From positions 17,791-81,790 of the forward strand of contig CAZNKP010000028.1 of NCBI GenBank assembly GCA_964573805.1: a stretch of DNA of 64,000 bases, read 5' to 3'. Below the pieces are notes generated by a model. It was not told the origin of the DNA. It saw only the letters and a list, made by a program, of their open reading frames with translations, and did no database searches. Source of the stretch: an uncultured Desulfobacterales bacterium. GTDB lineage: Bacteria; Desulfobacterota; Dissulfuribacteria; Dissulfuribacterales; QOAL01. How positions within the stretch are numbered: position 1 is the stretch's first letter; each line of letters opens with the position of its first letter. This document shows positions 17,260 through 25,810 of this stretch, in pieces. The translations under genes and the position numbers were made by a program.

Positions 17260-18687
17260 ATGAAAAACAACATCGAAAACGAAAATAAAAGAATTTCTGC
17301 CTTTACTATTGCCGCATTGAGTGGTGGCTCTGGCAAAACTATAGCGAGCCTTGCCATAACACGCGCCCTTAAAAATAGGGGGTTAGACGTCACCTGTTTC
17401 AAAAAGGGACCTGATTATATCGACTCAGCTTGGCTTGCCGCTGCATCTGGGAACAAATGCTACAACTTGGATCCCTTTTTAATGGATGAATCCACTATAC
17501 AGGCATCGTTCCGTTTACGGACCCAAACAACAGATATAGCTATAGTTGAGGGCAACAGAGGCCTCTTTGATGGAATGGATACCAAAGGTACAGCCAGCAC
17601 TGCAAGACTCTCAAAAATGTTAAACATTCCTGTATTGTTAGTGGTAGACTGTACCAAATCAACAAGAACTGTAGCAGCTATGGTCCTAGGCTGTCTAAAG
17701 TTTGAACCCTACTTGGACTTCATTGGGGTAATTTTAAATCGGATTGCAGGTCCAAGACATAAAAAAGTTGTTACAGAGGCCATAGAAACATACACCGGGC
17801 TTCCGGTATTGGGTTTCTTCCCACGTCTTAAAAAAGATCCATTGCCAATGAGACATTTGGGCCTAACCCCCACAGACGAATTTTCTGGGCCTTTGGATGC
17901 AATTGAAGAACTTGCCAAGCTTGCAGAAAAATACGTTGATCTTGACCGTATAGTCGATTCTAGAGCCACAGAAACAACCGCTACCAATGCTATAACCACC
18001 CTTGACAAACTTTTGGGCATAACTCCAGGAAGCCATCAAGGCTTGCATATTGGCATTATAAAAGACAGTGCATTTCAGTTTTATTATCCGGAAAATATCG
18101 AAGCCCTTGAACTCCTTGGCGCCAAACTTTTCTTTTTAGATGCCCTAACCGACACTTCCATCCCGCCAATCCATGGCCTGTATATTGGAGGTGGATTTCC
18201 AGAGACCCAAGCAAAAGCCCTTATGACAAACGAGTCCTTTAAAAACAATCTGCTTAAGCAAATCCAAAACGGCCTTCCTGTATATGCCGAATGTGGCGGA
18301 CTCATGTATCTGGGTCAATCTATCAACTGGAAAAAAGTCCAATATCAAATGGTAGGAGCAATACCTTTCCATTTTGAAATGAAACGTAAACCCGCTGGTC
18401 ATGGCTATACAGTCTTAAGATTTGATTCAGATTCTCCCTTTTATAACAAAGGATCAGTAATAAAAGGGCATGAATTTCACTATTCTAAACCTATTTTCAT
18501 TAATGCTCCTGAAGGAAGCAATTTTTCTTGTAAGGTATTGCGAGGCACTGGATTTGACGGTGAAAATGAAGGATTTACCTGGAACAATACCTTTTCAACC
18601 TATACCCATGTCCATGTCCTTGGTCAAAAAGAATGGGCACAGGTATTCTTAGACAGAGTGGCCCAGAATAAAAGGACCGGAAATTAA
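17260..18687 (+). CDS. dsrN: Cobyrinate a,c-diamide synthase family amidase, DsrN-type by context (siroheme amidation)
   Basis: 475 aa CbiA/CobB fold: P-loop-like SGGSGKT, a GATase-1 C-terminal half (YAECGGLMYL) and GHEFHYS. Lies 9 nt after the radical SAM gene inside the dsr neighbourhood. Confidence 0.75.
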   Translation: MKNNIENENKRISAFTIAALSGGSGKTIASLAITRALKNRGLDVTCFKKGPDYIDSAWLAAASGNKCYNLDPFLMDESTIQASFRLRTQTTDIAIVEGNRGLFDGMDTKGTASTARLSKMLNIPVLLVVDCTKSTRTVAAMVLGCLKFEPYLDFIGVILNRIAGPRHKKVVTEAIETYTGLPVLGFFPRLKKDPLPMRHLGLTPTDEFSGPLDAIEELAKLAEKYVDLDRIVDSRATETTATNAITTLDKLLGITPGSHQGLHIGIIKDSAFQFYYPENIEALELLGAKLFFLDALTDTSIPPIHGLYIGGGFPETQAKALMTNESFKNNLLKQIQNGLPVYAECGGLMYLGQSINWKKVQYQMVGAIPFHFEMKRKPAGHGYTVLRFDSDSPFYNKGSVIKGHEFHYSKPIFINAPEGSNFSCKVLRGTGFDGENEGFTWNNTFSTYTHVHVLGQKEWAQVFLDRVAQNKRTGN

Positions 18688-18733
18688 AGGTAAAGAGAGC
18701 ATGTGAGATTTTGAGCAAAAAAACGAAAATGGG

Positions 18734-18763
18734 CTTGACAACGCCTTTGACTATAGTCTATAT
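18734..18763 (+). promoter_or_regulatory. Candidate promoter of the ferredoxin gene
   Basis: TTGACA (18734-18739), an 18-nt spacer, then TATATG (18758-18763). Confidence 0.35.
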
Positions 18764-18837
18764 GAGTTCTGTTTAAATATTGAATTGATGAAGAACTAGG
18801 GATCCGCTCCCGCAAATTAAAAATAAAGGAGGAAGCC

Positions 18838-19023
18838 ATGTTTCAGATCACAATCGATTATGACAAGTGCCAGGGCGATGAGGAATGCGTAAACGCCTGT
18901 CCTGCAGAAGTTTATGATTTCGAGGATGACAAGCCAGTCATAGCAAGACCTGATGACTGTCTTGGTTGCGAGACTTGCGTTGAGGTTTGCCCTGTAGGTG
19001 CAATTACAGTAGAAGAAGTCTAA
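18838..19023 (+). CDS. Small dicluster ferredoxin
   Basis: 61 aa with two Cys clusters (CQGDEECVNACP and CLGCETCVEVCP). AAAGGAGGA lies upstream of the ATG. Confidence 0.85.
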   Translation: MFQITIDYDKCQGDEECVNACPAEVYDFEDDKPVIARPDDCLGCETCVEVCPVGAITVEEV

Positions 19024-19045
19024 AGTTATGCCATTCCGAAAGGCC

Positions 19046-19072
19046 AAAGGCCCCTCTATCGGGGCCTTTTTT
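19046..19072 (+). terminator. Rho-independent terminator of the ferredoxin gene
   Basis: AAAGGCCCC tctatc GGGGCCTTT stem followed by TTTTTT. Confidence 0.8.
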
Positions 19073-19091
19073 GTCGCTCTCGTCATCAGCT

Positions 19092-19718
19092 CTACACCAA
19101 TTCTTCTTTAATTTCTGGCTTGAATCTGGTTCCCACAGTCCTAAACCATAAAAATGCCCCTATAAGAAAAGGCTCAAACCGAATTATCATAGCGTTGATA
19201 AAAGTCCACGAAAACTCCCAAAAAAACTGTTCAGGCCTCCAGACTTGCTTGATACCCGCACTGACTAAGGCATAGTATATCTGCAGAACACAATAAAAAA
19301 ATACATATCCTAAGTGGATAAAAAAGACCAATGTCAAAGCCTCTAGAACAAAACGCAATCTCCACTTGATAATTGGCAAGAGGCTAGCCACCATAGCAAC
19401 GGTAAGGGGCACATTATAGGAATACTTGGAGACATATAATGTGGCATCAAAATGTAAATTAGCTGGTCCCCTGACGGTCAGGGCCTGATACAAAAATTTG
19501 CAAACTATCTTTTCATCATAGACACTAATATTGTCCACCAAGCTACCAGTAACAAAAGCCGCAATATGTGCAGCAATATTTGTTACCACAATCCCATAGA
19601 AAGCCTTTAAATAAAGCCACAAGAACACCATAAATGCATAAGTGACCAAAAAGGCCAATATTGCCAGTATTAATCTATTCTTTAACTGCACGGTTAAGCC
19701 ATAAGAGAAAAAGCACAA
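19092..19718 (-). CDS. Polytopic membrane protein, probable exosortase-associated partner
   Basis: 208 aa and hydrophobic throughout. The track start is TTG 19718, which overlaps the upstream exosortase-like gene by 44 nt. GTG 19691 or a later start is possible. Confidence 0.5.
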   Translation of the reverse strand: MCFFSYGLTVQLKNRLILAILAFLVTYAFMVFLWLYLKAFYGIVVTNIAAHIAAFVTGSLVDNISVYDEKIVCKFLYQALTVRGPANLHFDATLYVSKYSYNVPLTVAMVASLLPIIKWRLRFVLEALTLVFFIHLGYVFFYCVLQIYYALVSAGIKQVWRPEQFFWEFSWTFINAMIIRFEPFLIGAFLWFRTVGTRFKPEIKEELV

Positions 19719-20196
19719 ATGCTAACGCAATCATAATGCCCTGTGCCACATAAATATGGAATATATAGAAAAGATTAGCAAAATGTACTCCACAGTAACC
19801 CAGGGCAGCTATACGAAGAATATTAAAAAATTGGATTATTACAAACCCAACCACTATCCCGATCAATCGTGTCCTCCACGAAGCGGGAAAGGCAAGTATT
19901 GCTACCATATAAATAAGAAAGGCCTCAAGCCCGTTACATCCAAATTTGACATCTAAAGATATTCCTTTGAGATGGATAACAGATCCCTGAATCCCCCTTA
20001 CGACTCCTAATGGTTCGAGCACTAATGCTGTGGCCTTTACTATAAAACGCGTGTATATGCCGTTTATATCTATCACCTTTTTGACCACTTCAAGACTTAA
20101 GGCCAAGGCAAGTCCTCCCATAAGGAGTAAATAGGTAATTAGAAATCTTATCCCTGAGAAACCTTTTGCTTTTTCTTTGTTAGAGATCTCTTTCAT
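19675..20196 (-). CDS. Minimal exosortase/archaeosortase-family transpeptidase
   Basis: 173 aa with the Cys/Arg/His triad in the expected order and context (KFGCNGLEAF, FFNILRIAALG, FHIYVAQG) within 5-6 TM helices. Confidence 0.6.
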   Translation of the reverse strand: MKEISNKEKAKGFSGIRFLITYLLLMGGLALALSLEVVKKVIDINGIYTRFIVKATALVLEPLGVVRGIQGSVIHLKGISLDVKFGCNGLEAFLIYMVAILAFPASWRTRLIGIVVGFVIIQFFNILRIAALGYCGVHFANLFYIFHIYVAQGIMIALAFVLFLLWLNRAVKE

Positions 20197-20246
20197 TAAC
20201 CTGAATGTTTCAAAATTATATCAATAAAAAAAGACATACCCCGAGC

Positions 20247-21203
20247 TCAACGACTCTCTTCCACAAGCTGCTGCAAAATTTGCTTGGCCTTTTGTATGTC
20301 TGCTCTTATCTGTTCAGCTAACTCAGAAGCCCCTGAAAATCTCTTTTCGTCTCTTATTCTTTCGACGATGTTTACTTTTATCTCATGACCATAAATCTCT
20401 TTGTTGAAATCGAATATATGCACCTCTGCACCAAGCTTACCATCTCCAAAAGTGGGGTTGAATCCGATATTAACTACTCCATTATACAGTTTATCTGCAT
20501 GAATGACCTGTACGGCATAAACACCCGGCTTTGGACAAAGGTCCTCTGGATTAATCGCAAGGTTGGCCGTAGGAAAACCTACCACAGGTCCACCGCGTCT
20601 CTTTCCCTTTTGCACAACCCCTCTAATCTGATAAAATCTGCCCAGCATTCTGCGCACCATCTTCATATTGCCTTTTTTCACAAACTCTCTTATTGCAGTA
20701 CTGCTTACAATGATACCATCAATCTTCACAGGAGGAATTACATGTACTTGAAAGCCCAACTCTTGACCTATAGCTTTCAAAAAGCTGATATCACCCTCTC
20801 GTCCCTTACCACAGGCATAATCATAACCTATTACCAGATCTTCAACGCCTATGGTGTTGAACAATATCTCCCTCACAAACTGGCTGGCGGGAGTACTGGC
20901 AAGCTGGCGAGTAAAAGGCAAACAAATTAAATGTTCTATGCCAGCTGCCATTATCAACTCTATCTTTTGTTCAAGCGTGCATATGAGCTTGGGAGGGTTA
21001 TCAGGCCGCAAAACCTTCATGGGATGAGGATGAAAGGTCAAAGCCACTTTATCACCATTTCTAGAGCCAGCAAGCTCTACAACTTTTCTAAAAAGGGCCT
21101 GATGACCAAGATGAACACCATCAAAATTCCCAATAGTAAGAGCAGGTCTATAAAAAGGCCTCTCTATCTCCCTTAAAGAAGAATATACTTTCATTTGAAC
21201 CAC
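20247..21203 (-). CDS. ribF: Bifunctional riboflavin kinase / FMN adenylyltransferase
   Basis: GNFDGVHLGHQALF nucleotidyltransferase motif and a C-terminal riboflavin kinase domain (GFPTANL...VNIGFNPTF). Confidence 0.92.
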   Translation of the reverse strand: MVQMKVYSSLREIERPFYRPALTIGNFDGVHLGHQALFRKVVELAGSRNGDKVALTFHPHPMKVLRPDNPPKLICTLEQKIELIMAAGIEHLICLPFTRQLASTPASQFVREILFNTIGVEDLVIGYDYACGKGREGDISFLKAIGQELGFQVHVIPPVKIDGIIVSSTAIREFVKKGNMKMVRRMLGRFYQIRGVVQKGKRRGGPVVGFPTANLAINPEDLCPKPGVYAVQVIHADKLYNGVVNIGFNPTFGDGKLGAEVHIFDFNKEIYGHEIKVNIVERIRDEKRFSGASELAEQIRADIQKAKQILQQLVEESR

Positions 21204-21237
21204 CGTTAAATTGTCTTGGAAACAGTAATATGGGCAC

Positions 21238-21266
21238 TTGACAATCGCAACACCTCTTTATTTAAT
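21238..21266 (+). promoter_or_regulatory. Candidate promoter of tRNA-Leu
   Basis: TTGACA (21238-21243), a 17-nt spacer, then TTTAAT (21261-21266). Lies about 15 nt before the tRNA 5' end. Confidence 0.5.
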
Positions 21267-21280
21267 AAACGGCTGCAATT

Positions 21281-21369
21281 GCCGAAGTGGCGGAATTGGT
21301 AGACGCGCTAGATTCAGGATCTAGTGGGGGGTTATCCCCGTGGGAGTTCGAATCTCCCCTTCGGCACCA
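21281..21369 (+). tRNA. tRNA-Leu (anticodon CAG), class II with long variable arm, CCA encoded
   Basis: Acceptor stem GCCGAAG/CTTCGGC, anticodon stem-loop CTAGA-TTCAGGA-TCTAG, variable arm GGGGGGTTATCCCC, T-arm GGGAG-TTCGAAT-CTCCC, 3' ACCA. Confidence 0.93.
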
Positions 21370-21396
21370 TCTTTAAAACACCATTTTTTCTTGGCT

Positions 21397-21410
21397 AGCT
21401 AGATCTAGCT
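21397..21410. repeat. 14-bp perfect palindrome AGCTAGATCTAGCT (three CTAG cores)
   Basis: Read directly from the sequence. Lies between the tRNA-Leu 3' end and the stop of the convergent DMT gene. Possible weak bidirectional terminator. Confidence 0.4.
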
Positions 21411-21419
21411 TGGTCTGGC

Positions 21420-21836
21420 TCAAGCCTTGGAGGAAAGCAGAGCAGCTGCCAACAGTGCCAATAAAATCCCTAATATCTGCCTCAAGGCTAGTCTCTCATT
21501 CAGTACTATCATTGCTAATACCACTGTTACAACTGGATAAAGAGCAGTAAGAGAGGAGATAACCGAGATAGGCCCTGTCTTGACCGCACAAAAGAAAAAA
21601 TAAAGGCCCACCGTGCCAAATATACCAGTCAAGACTGCAAACAGAGCACCTTCAAAATCTTTATCAATGCCAGGACCAAGAAGCAACATCACAACAACAC
21701 TGGTTGCCATGACACCACACGCCTCAAAAAAAACAGAGCTGGCCGGAGATATTCTTGCAAGAGAAAGCTTTGGGAAAAATGCCCACAGACCCCAACACAA
21801 TAGGGCAGCCAAGGCATTGCCTAACCAGGTATTCAT
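21420..21836 (-). CDS. Small DMT-superfamily (EamA-like, half-size) membrane transporter
   Basis: 138 aa with 4-5 TM helices. The WGLWAFFPK and ALYPVVTVVLA segments are typical of EamA-domain proteins. Confidence 0.6.
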   Translation of the reverse strand: MNTWLGNALAALLCWGLWAFFPKLSLARISPASSVFFEACGVMATSVVVMLLLGPGIDKDFEGALFAVLTGIFGTVGLYFFFCAVKTGPISVISSLTALYPVVTVVLAMIVLNERLALRQILGILLALLAAALLSSKA

Positions 21837-21875
21837 GTTACCACAATCTTTGCCAGACCCATAGGGCTATCAGAT

Positions 21876-23087
21876 TCAAATCAGTCTTAAAAATCTCCTT
21901 TTGCCAACCTTTAAAACGCTTCCAGGAGATGGCCTGCCAATTTCTTCTTGACGGATCTTTTCTCCCTGAAGGCTAACTGCCCCCTGTTTTATGAGTCTTC
22001 TGGCCTCGGACATGCTCTTAACAAGACCTGCCTCTTTAAGCACTCTTGGCAAATATATCTTGTCCTCTATATCAGTTGGCAAGCTATATTCAGGGATATC
22101 CTCTGGCACCTCACCTCTTGAAAACTGGGCCTCAAATTGGGTTTTGGCCTTTTTAGCTGCCTCTTCACCATGGTAACGGGCCACCAGCTCAAAGGCCAAT
22201 TGACTCTTGATATCTTTTGGATGTAACCTCCCTTGCTCAACCCCCTCTTTCATTTGGCGGATCTCGTCCATAGATTTTGCACTCAAAAGCTCATAATAAC
22301 GAAACATAAGCTCATCGGATATAGACATCAACTTCCCAAACATTGAACTTGGCTTTTCTGTAATGCCTACATAATTACCTAAAGATTTACTCATCTTGTT
22401 TATGCCATCTAATCCTTCAAGAAGAGGCATGGTAATTACTACCTGGGGCTCTTGACCGTACTCCTTTTGTATATGCCGCCCTACTAGCAAATTGAACTTT
22501 TGATCTGTTCCCCCCAACTCGACATCTGCTTTTAAGGCAACCGAGTCATAACCTTGTATAAGAGGATATATAAATTCATGGATGGCAATCGGTCTTTGTT
22601 GCTGAAATCTCTGTTTAAAGTCTTCGCGTTCCAGCATCCTGGCTACTGTATATTTGGCACACAAACGAATCATATCTATAGAGGCCATTTCTTTCATCCA
22701 TTTGCTGTTAAAGGCTATCTTTGTCTTTCCAGGATCAAGTATCTTAAATATCTGCTCTTTGTAAGTAGCAGCATTTTCTTGGACTTGTTCAGGAGTTAGA
22801 GGAGGACGGGTTTCAGACTTGCCTGTTGGATCGCCAATTAAACCGGTAAAATCACCTATAAGAAAAATAACCTGATGTCCAAGCTCTTGAAAATGACGCA
22901 TTTTTTGTATCAATACTGTATGCCCTAGATGAAGATCTGGAGCCGTAGGATCAAAACCAGCCTTTACCCTTAGGGGCCTGTCTTCAGAAATAGCCCTTTC
23001 CAGCTTCTTTTTAAGTTCGTCAGGAGAGATTATTTCAACAGCACCGCGATTTATTAACTCTAATGATTTTTCTATATCCTTTTCCAT
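21876..23087 (-). CDS. tyrS: Tyrosine--tRNA ligase
   Basis: HIGH-type motif (DLHLGHTV), KMSKS motif and a C-terminal S4 domain. Confidence 0.95.
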   Translation of the reverse strand: MEKDIEKSLELINRGAVEIISPDELKKKLERAISEDRPLRVKAGFDPTAPDLHLGHTVLIQKMRHFQELGHQVIFLIGDFTGLIGDPTGKSETRPPLTPEQVQENAATYKEQIFKILDPGKTKIAFNSKWMKEMASIDMIRLCAKYTVARMLEREDFKQRFQQQRPIAIHEFIYPLIQGYDSVALKADVELGGTDQKFNLLVGRHIQKEYGQEPQVVITMPLLEGLDGINKMSKSLGNYVGITEKPSSMFGKLMSISDELMFRYYELLSAKSMDEIRQMKEGVEQGRLHPKDIKSQLAFELVARYHGEEAAKKAKTQFEAQFSRGEVPEDIPEYSLPTDIEDKIYLPRVLKEAGLVKSMSEARRLIKQGAVSLQGEKIRQEEIGRPSPGSVLKVGKRRFLRLI

Positions 23088-23106
23088 CTTCTAATTTTGA
23101 TCCTTC

Positions 23107-24669
23107 CTACTTGGCATAATCAACTGCCCTGGTCTCTCTAATCACAGTAACCTTGATTTGGCCAGGATATGTAAGCTCGCTTTCTATCTTCTTGGTAATA
23201 TCTCTACACAACATGGCCGCCTCTGAATCGGATATTGACTCACTGTTAACAACTATCCTTATTTCGCGGCCTGCCTGAATTGCAAAGGATTTTTCAACGC
23301 CAGTAAATGACGTGGCAATTCGTTCCAAATCTTCTAAGCGCTTGACATAGCTTTCGAGCATCTCTCGACGGGCTCCAGGCCTGGCACCAGAAAGGGCATC
23401 GGCAGCCTGCACCAATACCGCCAATACAGACTCTGGTTTTATATCTTCATGATGTGCAGCTATGGCATGGACAACATCCCTTGGTTCACCATATTTTTTG
23501 GCCAGATCAGCCCCTATGATAGCATGAGAACCTTCAACTTCATGATCAACGGCCTTTCCTATATCATGAAGAAGTCCTGCCCGTTTTGCTTTTTTCACAT
23601 CTATGCCTAGTTCTGCTGCCATAATACCACATAGAAACGCCACTTCTACAGAATGTTGAAGCACATTCTGTGCGTAACTGGTTCGAAACTTAAGTTTTCC
23701 AAGAAGCTTAACTAGTTCAGGATGGATACCATAAACACCTACATCAAAGGTGGCCTGCTCGCCTGCCTCCCTTATGGCAGCATCTATTTCCTTCTCTACT
23801 TTGCGGACTACCTCTTCAATCCTTGCCGGATGAATTCTTCCATCTAACACAAGCCTCTCAAGTGCAACTCTAGCTACTTCACGACGGACCGGATTAAAAC
23901 CAGACAGCAATACCGCCTCTGGTGTATCATCAATTATTATATCGATGCCTGTTGCAGCCTCTATAGCCTTTATATTTCGTCCTTCTCTGCCAATAATGCG
24001 ACCTTTCATTTCTTCATTAGGCAAAGCCACTACCGAAACAGTCCGCTCGGCAACGTATTCGCCAGCATACCGTGCAATGGCCAAAGCGATGATTTCCCGG
24101 GCCCGCTTATCTGCTACGTCTTTGGTCTCAAGCTCAATCTTCCTGAGAAGTTTACCAGCCTCCTGTCTCACCTCGGCCTCAAAACTTTTAAGGAGTTGCT
24201 CCTTGGCCTCTTCTTTTGACATACCGGATATCTGTTCCAACTTCTCTCTCTGAGCATTAATAAAGGACTCTATTTCCTTTTCTTTCTCTTTAAGCCTGTT
24301 CTCCGTTGATTGAATCCTTTTTTCTTTTTCTAGGAGTTCTATTTCCTTAGAATCTACCAGTTCCTTTTTCTTTTCTATTTGCTGTTCGCGCTGAAGAAGC
24401 CTTTTCTCACGACTTCTCAACTCACCTCGGCGTTCTGCAACCTCCCGCTCTGCCTCTTTCTTTAGTTGCAAGGCCTCCTCTTTGGCCTGAACCCTTGCCT
24501 CTTTGAGCAGCCGTTTAGCCTCTGCCTCTGCCTCTTTTTTGAGCTTAACGGCCTCATCCCGCTCCTCACTGTACTTCTTGGAGAATATCGCCTTCGCCAC
24601 TCCAAAACCTACAGCGCCTCCAATTGCAGCAAATAGGATGAGAAGAAAAATGGTTGTAATGTCAATCAT
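23107..24669 (-). CDS. rny: Ribonuclease Y
   Basis: N-terminal TM helix, long coiled coil, KH domain ([15 protein letters not shown]) and HD domain (LLHDIGKA). ATG 24669 has GGAGG 6 nt upstream; the track start at 24702 is probably too long. Confidence 0.93.
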   Translation of the reverse strand: MIDITTIFLLILFAAIGGAVGFGVAKAIFSKKYSEERDEAVKLKKEAEAEAKRLLKEARVQAKEEALQLKKEAEREVAERRGELRSREKRLLQREQQIEKKKELVDSKEIELLEKEKRIQSTENRLKEKEKEIESFINAQREKLEQISGMSKEEAKEQLLKSFEAEVRQEAGKLLRKIELETKDVADKRAREIIALAIARYAGEYVAERTVSVVALPNEEMKGRIIGREGRNIKAIEAATGIDIIIDDTPEAVLLSGFNPVRREVARVALERLVLDGRIHPARIEEVVRKVEKEIDAAIREAGEQATFDVGVYGIHPELVKLLGKLKFRTSYAQNVLQHSVEVAFLCGIMAAELGIDVKKAKRAGLLHDIGKAVDHEVEGSHAIIGADLAKKYGEPRDVVHAIAAHHEDIKPESVLAVLVQAADALSGARPGARREMLESYVKRLEDLERIATSFTGVEKSFAIQAGREIRIVVNSESISDSEAAMLCRDITKKIESELTYPGQIKVTVIRETRAVDYAK

Positions 24670-24687
24670 GTGTGGCCTCCATATAGG

Positions 24688-24714
24688 ATTATAGTGCCAC
24701 ACCCCATCTTACAA
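24688..24714 (-). promoter_or_regulatory. Candidate rny promoter
   Basis: Minus strand reads TTGTAA (24714-24709), a 15-nt spacer, then TATAAT (24693-24688). The spacer is short, so confidence is low. Confidence 0.3.
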
Positions 24715-24720
24715 CTATGA

Positions 24721-24912
24721 ATAAAAACGGATAATTGGTGGAAAATCTTGGCTGGCTTTCTACTTGCCAAACGTGCAGGACAATATCATGCTTCTTGGCA
24801 AGTCATGGTCAAATTTTCTAACATACATCTACTTACTCAATGGCTCCCATATATCGTGGATCTGCTATTGCAGAGTTGAACTTTTTACAATTTCACCATT
24901 ATCCGTTTATAT
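24721..24912. repeat. Inverted-repeat-bounded noncoding element with a nested hairpin
   Basis: Arms ATAAAAACGGATAATTGGTG (24721-24740) and CACCATTATCCGTTTATAT (24894-24912) pair over 5+10 bp with one bulge. Inner perfect 9-bp stem ACTTGCCAA (24762-24770) / TTGGCAAGT (24795-24803). Confidence 0.5.
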
Positions 24913-24930
24913 AAAAACCCAGACGGGGTT
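24911..24930 (-). terminator. Terminator-like hairpin plus U-run after the 6S RNA candidate
   Basis: Minus strand reads AACCC cgtct GGGTT followed by TTTATAT. The GGGGTT segment can alternatively pair with AACCCC at 24944-24949. Confidence 0.45.
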
Positions 24931-24940
24931 ATAGCAACTC

Positions 24941-25126
24941 AAAAACCCCGCCGTGCCGTGCAGCTGAGTCTATTGAACCTGAGCGAACTCAGGTGGGTGT
25001 CATATCCGCTTCCAACGGAAAAGGCTGTTCTCCTTTTCCACTCTTCCACGGAGAAACGACTCCCTTGTACGGGGTGTTGGCTCAACAAACTTTCAGCTTG
25101 CCACGCACACAGCAGGGAATGCTTTA
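24941..25126 (-). ncRNA. ssrS: 6S RNA candidate
   Basis: About 186 nt directly downstream of zapA, the same synteny as E. coli zapA-ssrS. The 5' CCCUGCUGUGUGCGUGGCAAGCUGA pairs with the 3' UCAGCUGCACGGCACGGCGGGG over about 21 bp including G-U pairs and small bulges, closing a long irregular hairpin. Ends in GGGGUUUUU. Ends are approximate. Confidence 0.65.
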
Positions 25127-25132
25127 ATAAAA

Positions 25133-25141
25133 ATTATAACA
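25133..25141 (-). promoter_or_regulatory. Extended -10 promoter element for the 6S RNA
   Basis: Minus strand reads TGTTATAAT (TGn + TATAAT) just after the zapA stop, about 7 nt upstream of the proposed 6S 5' end. No good -35. Confidence 0.4.
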
Positions 25142-25143
25142 TA

Positions 25144-25437
25144 TCAATCTTTTTTTTTCATCAATTGTGTATCTAATTTTTCGTTAAGCGTTTTTAACTT
25201 TGAGTCAAGACTGGAGCTAAATCTGTCTAGACTCTTTTTTAGATAAAAATATTCCTTTCCGAGACTCATAGCGATAAGAACCATTTGCCTTGAAGGAGAC
25301 AATCCTGGATATCTATTTTCTATATCTGCCGCTTTTTTTTCCACATATGTAGCAACTTCTTGCAAATCAATATCTGGCTCATCGCCCATTAATTCATAGA
25401 TATGTCCAAGAAATTTTAATTTAAATTTTTGAGCCAC
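25144..25437 (-). CDS. zapA: Cell division protein ZapA
   Basis: 97 aa. The pattern of an N-terminal beta region followed by a helix (LKFLGHIYELMGDEP...YVEKKAADIENRYPGLSPSRQMVLIAMSL) is typical of ZapA. Confidence 0.8.
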   Translation of the reverse strand: MAQKFKLKFLGHIYELMGDEPDIDLQEVATYVEKKAADIENRYPGLSPSRQMVLIAMSLGKEYFYLKKSLDRFSSSLDSKLKTLNEKLDTQLMKKKD

Positions 25438-25452
25438 TATTCTATGAGTAGA

Positions 25453-25770
25453 TTAATCGGTATCTGCAAATTGAAAGTCACCCTCTGGTGACCCTGTCTC
25501 ACTGTCGATAAAATTGCCGCCTTGCCCTTCAACCTCCTGCCCCTCAGAAGAAATCCGGCCAAGTTTTTCAAGAATATGCTCTACACGCCTTCCCACCTCA
25601 GCCCTTTCATTTTCTAAGGTATTGAGCTTACCCTCCAAGTCGGAAATCCTTGCATCCTTTTCGTGGATTTGATTCAAAAGACCTTTTCTTTCTTCCTCAA
25701 GACGGATTATATATGAAATCAACTCATCTATTTTTTCTTCTAAAACAGATATGATAGCTATATCACTCAT
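25453..25770 (-). CDS. Coiled-coil protein, ZapB-like
   Basis: 105 aa with heptad-rich sequence (LEEKIDELISYIIRLEEERKGLLNQIHEKDARISDLEGKLNTLENE), immediately upstream of zapA. Confidence 0.5.
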   Translation of the reverse strand: MSDIAIISVLEEKIDELISYIIRLEEERKGLLNQIHEKDARISDLEGKLNTLENERAEVGRRVEHILEKLGRISSEGQEVEGQGGNFIDSETGSPEGDFQFADTD

Positions 25771-25810
25771 GAATAAGCAGCTCCTTTCTTTTTTGGATTA
25801 TACTTCTTTT

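Noticed and set aside
18817-19086. The 89-aa minus-strand ORF over the ferredoxin gene, and the 72-aa minus-strand ORF 37657..37875 over the secreted mini-protein gene.
   Set aside because: In both cases the plus-strand gene has a strong SD, a promoter-like element, a terminator and recognisable features (Cys clusters or a signal peptide). The antisense ORFs have none of these.
21204-21420. tRNA-Leu as a possible genomic-island integration site.
   Set aside because: There is no integrase, no direct repeat of the tRNA 3' end and no accessory genes. The flanking genes (ribF, DMT transporter, tyrS) look like core genome.
24721-24912. Assigning the inverted-repeat element to SRP RNA, tmRNA or RNase P RNA.
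   Set aside because: I could not find the conserved SRP domain IV motif or tmRNA/RNase P signature sequences, and the size does not fit. It is left unassigned.
24958-25176. A 72-aa plus-strand ORF in the zapA-rny intergenic region.
   Set aside because: It overlaps the much better supported 6S RNA candidate on the opposite strand, and it has no SD or recognisable protein features.
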